Source: Eledone cirrhosa
Lineage: Eukaryota
Reading direction: 5' to 3'
Length of the DNA stretch: 64,000 nt
NCBI GenBank assembly: GCA_964016885.1
Contig: OZ024743.1
Span: 72,850,001-72,914,000 of the forward strand
Shown here: piece after piece, positions 54,047-64,000 of the stretch
Position numbering within the stretch: position 1 is the first letter of the stretch
How the letters are laid out: each line of letters begins with the position of its first letter
Notes under the pieces: generated by a model
The model's input: the letters and a program-made list of their open reading frames with translations, nothing else
Database searches by the model: none
Told to the model about the DNA's origin: nothing
Position numbers and translations under genes: made by a program

Positions 54047-54095
<49 letters not shown>

Positions 54096-54825
54096 AGGAA
54101 ACTTTTAACTAGAGACTGCATTTCACGTTTTAGAATTCCCTGTGTGCAAAACAGTAACATAAATGCTGAATTGGGGTGAAATAGATATTAACATCATGTT
54201 AATATTAAGAGACCTTATGCCTAGGTAATTTTTGTTGAGGAAACGTAAGGGAGTCTCCAGTAATATGTTCTCTCTCAAAGTTATTTCTAGTCATTTATCT
54301 TATGTAGTGAAGTTGTATGATTTTAATAACTCTACAATAATTGTGTTGACGTGTAATGTTTTCTCTTGAGTAAAATATAAACATACTTTTCAAGTAAAAG
54401 TTAATGATCGTAAATATAGTTATTCTTCATATGTATGTGTGTATTTGCCTGTGTATTTGTGTGTATGTATTTGTGTGTGTGTGTGCGTATGTGTGTGTGT
54501 TGTGTGTATGTGTGTGTGTGTGTCTGTGTGTGTGTGCGTGTTCGTGTTTCGATTCTTAATCTCATATTTATTTGATAATATTATTTAGTAAATATCTACG
54601 TTATATATTTATTTAGTACGTTATATATAACACACACACACACAGCGACTGACAAAACACACGCCTGCTTTCCTCCCATAACATAAATATTTGTCCGTTT
54701 CTTTCAAATCATATTCTTGTCTAACTTCCTACATGTTCTATATCCCATTCCTTCGTCAAATGAAGAACAAACATCCGAAACGTTAAGACTCTTATCCAAA
54801 TGTATCGAGCTTTAAACTAATATAA

Positions 54826-54932
54826 TGCGGTGGATTGGCAGTATCGGTAGAGAGTCAGTATCGGTAGAGAGTCAGAAGCCATGCTTTGCAGCATAGAGTT
54901 ATGGCCCTTTATAATCTGAGTTCAAATCCCGA
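54826..54932 (+). mobile_element. SINE 5' half with an internal 16-bp duplication
   Basis: gcggtggattggcagtatcggtagagagt-cagtatcggtagagagt...gagttcaaatccc. Confidence 0.8.
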
Positions 54933-55004
54933 TATTTCAGACACACATAGACACACACAATCACACGAACAAGAATTCAAATATCTGTATATATGTATAT
55001 ATAT

Positions 55005-55357
55005 TGGGGTTTCTGGTAGATTTCTCCCGAATGAAACAGTTCTAGTCCTGTAGAAGCCATTTCTATATCAAATATTTATACTCTTCTTTGTATTGAGTAC
55101 CTTATTTATTCTAGTTATACCCGATTGAACCCGGGATAAACTTAGCTTATATATAAATATATATAGTATTAATATAGATGAGGGTCTACATGACTAGAAC
55201 TGTTTCCCTCTTTAGAAATCATCAGGAATCCTGATGATTTCTAAAGAATGAAACAGTTCTAGTCCTGTAGAATATCATATATATTAATACTGTTATACTC
55301 TGCTATGTATTGAGTACCTTACTTACTGTGGTTACCTCCGATTCAACCCGGAATAAC

Positions 55358-55360
<3 letters not shown>
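55005..55360. mobile_element. Family-B cluster: one degenerate copy (55005-55145) and a head-to-head hairpin (55165-55293) with tail
   Basis: CTGATGA-tttctaaagaat-GAAA-cag ttctagtc ctg-TA at 55231-55269 is mirrored at 55187-55225. Confidence 0.85.
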
Positions 55361-55419
<59 letters not shown>

Positions 55420-56019
55420 TCCACTTATATATATATATATATTTCATTAATTAATTAATTTAATTAGACTGGTTGGTTAATTATTTATGTTTGTTTAATA
55501 ACGTCTAGTCGAGAGCTTTTCATTCGGAATGTGGAACGGAATTGATTTCCATTGTTCACACTTTGAATTTGCCCGCCAAAAACCGATGGATTCTTCCCTT
55601 GTTGGAAATAAGACTGAGGACTGCCAACGGTAGCAGTTCGGCGTTGCATTCCACATCGGCTTGAGGCATAGAACGAAATTCCTGTTGGTGACGTGAATCG
55701 ACCTTTCGATCATGGAATACCACACGCTTACATATTACGTAAGTTGGATGGATGGTATCGATTTCATAGAAACCTATCGGGCGTATTGCAAAATATCGTT
55801 CGATTTGTCCAGGTCAGTTGTCTAACCTGATTAATGTTTTCGTTATCTTTGGTATTGTGTGGCTAGGTTTACTTACCGCAATTTTCAATTTGTCAAGCTG
55901 TCTAAACGTATGTTATTACTCTAAGGACTACTTCCTTATTGAGTGCTTTCCTGCTCATTCTTAATTGTAGGCCGTTAGCTTGGCCACAGCCAAACCATTG
56001 ATGTTGATAAGGTTCCACT

Positions 56020-56074
<55 letters not shown>

Positions 56075-56078
<4 letters not shown>

Positions 56079-56249
56079 GAAATTGATTGGCATATGTATA
56101 TATAAAATAAACACATGAAACAATCACAGAGGATAATTTGTAAAGTGTGTAAGCACACACAGCTTACACACTTTACAAATTATCCCCTGTCATTGTTTCA
56201 TGTGTTTATTATATATATATATATATATATGCCAGTCAATTTCTAGTTG
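56075..56249. repeat. Hairpin with ~80-bp arms next to (TA)n
   Basis: aactagaaattga...gtgtgtaagc / gcttacacac...tcaatttctagtt. Confidence 0.9.
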
Positions 56250-56345
56250 ATATAAAATACGCGGATCTATTCATTGGAATCTTTGAGTTTATTCTACGGT
56301 GGATATGGCGCATGTCTCGGACATGACTCCCTTAATTTAATTTTG

Positions 56346-56470
<125 letters not shown>

Positions 56471-56638
56471 GGATTAACAAATAATAGTTAAATGCAGTCC
56501 ACTTAGGTGAAGTCCAGTTATGGTATTCCAGGTAGTGGATGATATTAACGCTTGGCTTGGTTTGACTCAACAAGGCGTTTTTATAGTGATGCTGCGGGTA
56601 TGCCGTAATTCCTATGTTGTAAACACTTGGAGTAATAA

Positions 56639-57694
56639 TAAATCAGGAAAGAAGGTTTACATGGTTTGCTATACAAAAAAGTTTTTAATCACATAGCTTA
56701 CATTTGTTTCACTGAACTGGTATGTCTAGAGATCGCTATTCGCTTAATTTTGCGTTACTCGATCGCCAATACAGAATTATAACCAGTCAGATCTTCGGAG
56801 CATGCGAGAATGAAGAAAATACACAGGCAAGAAAAGAAAAGAAAATACAGGCTACTATATGAAGTAGTAATGGCATTCAATTAGAACAATAACAACAATT
56901 ACAACAATGCTATCAATAAATTATTTAAGGAGACCCTGACATTACTTAGGTGGGGGGTATATAATGTATCTAAAGTTACGGCGTGTAAAACTAGCTGTCA
57001 TAAGGCAAAATGAAGCGTTGGCATGTACAAAGTATCGTAGTGTATATCAATTTTAAATTATAAAGATAAGCTAGTTTTTACAGTCTTTCTCTTCATCTTC
57101 AACAGTATACATGAGTGGGACCACTGTCAAAGTTAAATAGTTGTTGAGTTAATACAGAAGCTTTGACAGTGGTCAAATAGTTGTTGAGTTAATACAGAAG
57201 CTTTGACAGTGGTCCCACTCATGTATACTGTTGAAGATGAAGAGAAAGACTGTAAAAACTAGCTTATCTTTATAATTTAAAATTGATATACTCTACGATA
57301 CTTTGTACATGCCAACGTTTCATTTTGCCTTATGACAGCTAGTTTTACACGCCGTAACATTAGATACATTATATACCCCCCACCTAAGTAATGTCAGGGT
57401 CTCCTTAAATAATTTATTGATAGCATTGTTGTAATTGTTGTTATTGTTCTAATTGAATGCCATTACTACTTCATATAGTAGCCTGTATTTTTTTGTATTT
57501 TCTTGCCTGTGTATTTTCTTCATTCTCGCATGCTCCGAAGACCTGACTGGTTATAATTCTGTATTGGCGATCGAGTAACGCAAAATTAAGCGAATAGCGA
57601 TCTCTAGACATACCAGTTCAGTGAAACAAATGTAAGCTATGTGATTAAAAACTTTTTTGTATAGCAAACCATGTAAACCTTCTTTCCTGATTTA
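56639..57694. repeat. Family-E palindrome with ~490-bp arms, HHRs at 56689-56807 (-) and 57526-57644 (+), and a 40-bp tandem duplication at the centre
   Basis: The arms are near-perfect reverse complements. 57135-57174 is repeated at 57175-57214. Confidence 0.95.
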
Positions 57695-57705
57695 TATATA
57701 TATAT

Positions 57706-57799
<94 letters not shown>

Positions 57800-57830
57800 T
57801 ATATACATATATATTGAATAAAAATAAGCA

Positions 57831-58015
57831 GGATTTACGAATATTTCTATCCATACAGTAACAAAATACATTCTTCTATATTAATTTCATAAACTCTGAA
57901 TTGTCTTTACCTATCTTACTGTTGACTCTAAAATCATATTTGAGCTTTGAATTATTATTTGCCTATATATGGTTGTGTTATCAACTCATCTAAACTATCT
58001 TATATCTATTTATCT
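57831..58015. repeat. Dispersed ~180-bp repeat, also at 63131-63310
   Basis: gatttacgaat...aactcatctaaactatcttatat is shared; both copies are TA-flanked. Confidence 0.85.
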
Positions 58016-58016
58016 G

Positions 58017-58060
<44 letters not shown>

Positions 58061-58168
58061 ATATATATTTATCGTTATCGAGCCCTCTTTGGATTTTAGT
58101 CTTCAAATTTATTATTATTATTATTACTATATATATATATATATAAATATATATATACATATATATAT

Positions 58169-58252
<84 letters not shown>

Positions 58253-58409
58253 CAGAAGTATCCGGCGTTGTCCGGGTGTAAGTCGATATTTGCTCTGTTG
58301 TTAAAATGTGTGAAAGTTACTTCCCACGCATCACAGTGGCGAAAACCTTCTAACCAGAAGGAAAAAACAGAGGTTAGTAGACGCAGGTGTGTAATTGAGC
58401 ATAAATAAT

Positions 58410-58593
58410 TGTTTCTACTTTAGGCACAAGGCCAGCAATTACCAGTGCATTACTGGTACTTTATTTCATCGACCCCGTAAGGATGAAGGGCAAAGTCAAC
58501 CTCGGCGGGATTTGAACTCAGATCGTAAAGGAACGTAACTATGCTGGAAAGCATGGCGTCCGACCCTCTACCGATACTGCCAATCCACCGCCC
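58410..58593 (-). mobile_element. Young full-length tRNA-derived SINE with a 15-bp TSD
   Basis: ttgagcataaataat at 58395-58409 and 58594-58608. Confidence 0.95.
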
Positions 58594-59934
58594 TTGAGCA
58601 TAAATAATGGCTCAATTGTAGGTTCACAGTGTATCGTTGAAATTGTTCTTTGCACGACTGACGGAAGTCAAATTCACTTGAAATTGAATTTTCAGTTGAT
58701 TTTTAAAGCAGGGTGAAAAAGTCGATTCTTTCACAGTTTCTTTTTTTTTAATAAAATTTCGCGCTCACATGTGCAGAAGAAGAAATAAAAGGGAATTTAT
58801 CTGAACTGCGGCATAATGGCGAGTCTTTTGCGAGAGTTTTCAAGAAAATCGGAGGTTCCTGTAAAAAGTTTTCCTATGTGCAACTTTGACTTGTTTTTTG
58901 CGCAAAGTCGAACCCTCGCTTCAGTTTTATTGATTTTTTACCTGAATGCGTGACCTCTGAAGTAGATTTGAGTAGCTAAAAACCTGTCCTGGTAAATTTG
59001 CTATAGGTGAAAAAAAGTTGATCAAAATTGTGTCTAGGGTTATTGCCCTTTGCAAAAGCCTCAACGTGTCTTCAAGTATGGTTTGTTAATTTGTTGTGGA
59101 ACTAAATCGACTTTCGTCAAATCGGACCGAGGAAACAATGTTTCCATTTGTCTTTCTAACTTGCGTACCCGGTTACACTCGGGATTATAAGGCGCTGGAT
59201 TTAAACGGGTCTGCGCTAAATTCCAGCAGGATGCTTTAACCGAAATAAATTAAGAACAAACGTTTCTTTTTGTGCGCCAATCTGTGATATTGGTATTTTG
59301 AAAAAAATAGTCCACAAACATCCATGGAGCATGTTTAACGCATGTATCAGGTTATGAGAACAAGTTTATCGATTCTCCATTCATAAGATACCAAAAATTG
59401 CACGCAAATAAACCGGGATTTTAAGGCACTGCCCAATTCATAACTGAAAGGTAAGAATCAAGTGGAATAATGTTTTTCGCCATTGTCAAATGTACAACCG
59501 TACAAAAGTAAAGGATATAGCCATTGAAATCTAGGTAGACCAAAGAATTTGGTGGGGTTGTATATCAGAGGATTGTTTTCCTTGTGATTCGCGTCTAGCC
59601 TACAAAGTGAAGTTAGATGATTGTAGTCGGTGTTGTATCAATAAAAAATAAAAGTATACGGAAGACTGAACACTTATGAATTAAGTGAAAATCACGTTGA
59701 TATTCCTATCGGAACAAGATGTGCCGAAAAACCTGACGGACTGTTGTGTCAATATTGAAATCGTAGAAATTGCGAATCCCGACTTCTAAGATGTAATGGA
59801 TAGGCCTAGGAGGTGAAGAGGAAGAATTGGTACAATTGTTTTGCTGAACATGTTAACCATTAATTTAAATAGACTTACGCAGCATCATCGTGCGGTTTTG
59901 TTCTTTATGGCCTAGAATGAGGACCGGTTAAACG

Positions 59935-61650
59935 CGACAGAAAAATAAGCCATGCTGATGATGTTTAGAGGCGTGGCAGGGAATAGATGCGGCGTTGTGA
60001 GGACAGTGGAAGGCACGCTGATCGCTTGAGAAGACGCGATGCTACACAGGATGCTTCTCGGCCATAATTGACAGAAAGGCATGTCAGGAGAAATGAAAGA
60101 GTTGCTATTCCTCCTTTGCTTAGCATTCATAAACATGTAATTAGAAAGATTTACCATGGACTATCGTGCACGTTGGTATTGTGTTTAGCCTGCGAAAGTT
60201 GGTGGTCAAATGGGGCAACAATAAGCCATGCTGATGACCTTTAAGAGGGTGGCAAGGAATTGATGCGGAATCCTGAGGCATGACGATGCAGTGGGACGGC
60301 GGCCAGCAGGCAAGGAAGAGGGCAGCGGTTGACGGTGGCAAGGATGCCGCATGGTGGACCATGGCAGTCTTGAAGGAGCTCTGCGGGCAGGTAAAAGAAA
60401 GGGCCGAGGAGGGGATGGAGGCAGACAGAGCATTGATGCGGCATGGTGATGCATGACGATGCAGTGGGACGACAGCGTGCAGGGATCAGAGAGGGCAGGG
60501 GTTTACGGTGGCAGAGATGCGATTTGGTCCTTCAGGACTGCCATGCCTAGGCAGTGGAAACGGTCGGGAAGTAGATGGCGGCTGACCGGGCAGGGATGCA
60601 ACATGATGAGGCATGACGAAAGGGCAGGGTGCATGACGGCTGACAGGGCGTGGATGCGGCATTCCAATTGAGTTGCACCTCGGGAATGTAGAGAGCACTG
60701 AGGGGCACGATGATCGTTTGAGAAAACCGGGTGCAAGGCAGGATGTTTGTCGGCCATACATGATTGGCAGGCTTTGGAGGAGAAACGGATGAATTTTTGA
60801 TTAATTTTGTTAAATATGGTCAAAATGAATGTAAAAAGGCTTACACAGGATCGTCTCCATGTTTGGTGCTGTCTTTGGTCTGAGATAATGGGCGGTTATG
60901 TGCGGCGCAGGAATAAACCATGCTGATGACATTTGAGAAAGTTCCTGACAGGGAAGGAATGCCGCATACTGAGCCATGGCAGTCGTGAGGGACCAAGGCG
61001 TGCGGGAAAGGGAGAAGGCAGGGGTTGACGGTGGCAGGGATGCAGCTTGGTTAGGCATGGCAGTCTTGAAGGAGCACGGTAGGCAAGAAAAATAAAAGGC
61101 TGAGGAGGGGATGGCGGCTGATACATCACGGATGCAGCATGGTGAGGCATAACGATGCAGTGGTTCGACGGCGTGAAGGGAAGGGAGATGGACGGGATTG
61201 ACGGTTGCAGGGATTCCGCATGGTGAGCCATGGCACTCGTGAAGGACCAAGGCGTGCGGGTAAGGGAGAGGGCAGGGGAGGACATGGTGGCTGACAGAGA
61301 ATAGATGGGGCAGGGTGAGGCATGACGATGCAGTGGGACGGCGGCGGGCAGGGAAGGGTGAGTGCAGGGGTTGACGGTGGCAGGGATGCGGCTTGGTCAG
61401 GCATAGAAGTCTTGAGCTCTCCGGAGTGTAGGCAATGGAAATGGGCAGGGGTGGACCGTGGCAGGGATTCGGCATGTTGAGCCGTGGTAGTCCTTAGGGA
61501 CCACGGAGGGTAGGCAATGGAAAGGGCCGGGGAATGAATTGCGGCTGACAAGGCAGAGATGCGCATGGTGATGCACAACGACGCAGTGGGTCGACGGCGT
61601 GCAGGGAAGGGAGAGGGCAGGGGTTGACGGATGCCTCATTATGCTACGGT
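59935..61650. repeat. GC-rich degenerate tandem array of alternating ~70-bp subunits
   Basis: Recurrent catgacgatgcagtgggacgg, catggcagtc.tgaagga and gggttgacggtggcagggatgc motifs. Confidence 0.85.
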
Positions 61651-62150
61651 AGTGGGACCACGGGAATGAAGAGTGCGCATGGAGGCTCGATTTTCGATTG
61701 AGAAGACTGGGCGCAATACAGGATGATGCGCGGCGGTATAGTCTTGATAGTCCTTATATAAGAAATGGAAGAATCGGCATAAAAGGTTTGCTGAGCGTTA
61801 ATTTAAAGAGACTTACGGTGGATAATCCTGATAGATTGAACGTTTTTTGCATGACGGGAGTCGCGACAAATGGAAGCAAGAAGAATGGCGTTTTTCGGTT
61901 GCCGGATTTTTCCCGGATTGATCCCCGCCTCAAAATACATACCTACGTCAAATTTCATTTGAATCGGACAAATTTCGAAAATATCGATTTTTGCTTCTGG
62001 TGATCCAATTTTTCGAAACTTTAATATAGCCCACGTTCATCCATTTATTTCAAGACTTGAAACCGTACAGTAAGGGTAATTACAGCAGGTACAGTTAACA
62101 TTTTAAAATTTATTTTAAAACTTTTTCTTATTTGGTAAACCTTAATTACA

Positions 62151-62263
<113 letters not shown>

Positions 62264-62656
62264 CGTAAAATAAAAAAATTATAAAATTAACTTACTTACT
62301 AAAAAATCACTTCCAACTAATTAGTTTCTGGAATGGAGTAAATATATTTTCCGAAGAAACATATCGAAAATCATTCCGTCATCAGGAAAGTCTTTTTCCG
62401 TGTAAGTCTCCAGGCATAGCGAGGACTCTGGAAACTTATTAAAAAAATAATTCAGTGGAATGGAAATAGCGAAGCGTGGACTGGATTCCATTGAGAAAAT
62501 CACTGCTTCTACGTCTGTGGCAAATTCAAAAAGAATCAATCACGTGACATCGAGGTCAATCAGTGGAAAGCGAGTGGTTAATAAGACAGCGGCCAGCCTA
62601 CTACCATAGTAGCAGTCATGGCCAAATATTGCTCGACAAATGAATTGGAGATAATT

Positions 62657-62955
62657 ATAAGGAATTTATATCTAGTAACATTTATATACACACAGATGCA
62701 TATCAATGCTAGCAAATATATAGGTTTTGTCTTATTAACATTGTGGTTCAATACATGGGGTTGCAGAACAATAATATGAGAGACGTAAAATAAGAAAATT
62801 ATAAAATTTTATAATTTTCTTGTTTTACGTCTCTCATATTATTGTTCTGCAACCCCATGCATTGAACCACAATGTTAATAAGACAAAACCTATATATTTG
62901 CTAGCATTGATATGCATCTGTGTGTATATAAATGTTACTAGATATAAATTCCTTA
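62657..62955. repeat. Hairpin with ~148-bp arms
   Basis: ataaggaatttatatctag...gaaaattataaa is mirrored at 62808-62955. Confidence 0.92.
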
Positions 62956-63060
62956 TATATATATATATATATACAAATTTTAGTACAGCATTAACGAAGC
63001 TTTAGGTTGCGGCCAAGCTAACGAATGCAAATTCAGTAATTAGCTTTAGCACTCGATAGG

Positions 63061-63125
<65 letters not shown>

Positions 63126-63333
63126 ATATTGATTTACGAATGTTTCTATCAATACAGTAAGAAAATACATTCTTCTATATAAATTTCATAAACTCTGAAC
63201 TGTCTTTACCTATCTTACTGTGGACTATAAAATCACATTTGAGCTTTGAATTATTCTTCGCCTAAATATGGTTGTTATCAACTCATCTAAACTATCTTAT
63301 ATGTATTTATCTATCTATCTATCTATCTATCTA

Positions 63334-63412
<79 letters not shown>

Positions 63413-63416
<4 letters not shown>

Positions 63417-64000
63417 AAAAAGAGATGAAATCGAAATGCAACTGGAGTCTTTTTATTTTGTTTCGCAGTTCTTCTGCTTTTCAAAAGGTGAGTTGAGATG
63501 GAGGGTCTGTGGGTTTTTTCACATCTGGTTGGTCTCTGAATGTTACTTGTTTTATATGGAAAAAGTGGCTCGAAATGCCAGGTTTTTCGAGAAGAAATTT
63601 GATTGGTTTGTCAATAATTATAATAAATTTCGCACAAGTTCGCGTTACAATAGTTCTTCAAATAAGAGGGGGGGTTGTCACAGGTTGGTTTTTTCATATA
63701 TGAGTGTTTGAATTTCTTTTTACTTGAAAAAAGGGGGCTCACGAAGGCTTTTTTGGGGTTGGTTCAAAATAAGGGCACAAAAATTTAATGAAAACTTGTT
63801 CACGTGACAGCCATAATTTCATTTATAACCAACCAAAAAAAAGCCTTCGTGAGCCCCCTTTTTTTAAGTAAAAAGAAGTTCAAACACTCATATGTGAAAA
63901 AACAACCTGTGATAACCCCCCCCCCCTTCTTATCTGAAGAACTATTGTAACGCGAACTTGCGCGAAATTTATTATAATTATTGACAAACCAATCAAATTA
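63413..64000. repeat. Family-D pLTR piece (-) running into a hairpin with ~180-bp arms (63597-63775 / 63826-63998)
   Basis: Direct reverse-complement match; the right arm reaches the window end. Confidence 0.88.

Larger units (their letters stand above)
58249..62045 (-). mobile_element. Large non-autonomous Helitron-like element with an internal GC-rich tandem array
   Basis: The minus-strand 3' end cccggacaacgccgga..ttctgcta matches the 23082-23111 terminus type. ccgattcaaatgaaatttg near 61950 resembles a Helitron-N 5' subterminal motif. Confidence 0.5.

Noticed and set aside
54750-54792. HHR-like ATGAAGA...GAAACGTTA
   Set aside because: C3 is missing and there is no stem II pairing.
59460-59520. 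VFRHCQMY resembling the Pif1 helicase motif VFSHGQLY
   Set aside because: Too short, flanking motifs are absent, and it lies on the opposite strand to the inferred Helitron.
60141-61639. Pro/Cys/His-rich ORFs
   Set aside because: Overlapping frames of a GC-rich tandem array with no consistent reading frame.

Overview
AT-rich eukaryotic DNA full of (TA)n, (CA)n, (GA)n and (GATA)n microsatellites. The SINE and repeat content suggests an octopus or other cephalopod (inference). No host gene is confidently identified, and almost all listed ORFs are microsatellite artefacts or transposon remnants. Recognisable contents: one near full-length, disrupted L1/Tx1-type LINE in a (TATC)n tract plus a stack of truncated copies; four larger Penelope-like retroelements (RT and/or GIY-YIG); a CR1-type fragment; about 14 copies of a tRNA-derived SINE; several Helitron-like pieces; and two related minisatellites. 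The main hidden signal is a dense set of type I hammerhead ribozyme (HHR) motifs, folded by eye: about 20 copies in roughly 10 sequence families. Many are minimal, with a palindromic stem III, and several carry family-fixed core variants (U4C, U4A, U3:A8, U.U at 10.1/11.1). They lie in Penelope pseudo-LTRs and in short non-coding elements that sit in (TA)n, form head-to-head hairpins, or show the greater-than-unit-length terminal redundancy expected from reverse transcription of circular RNA (retrozyme-like). There are also two candidate host promoters: an RFX X-box with minus-strand micro-exons at 16.5-17.7 kb, and a YY1/CCAAT region with a splice donor at about 32.1 kb.
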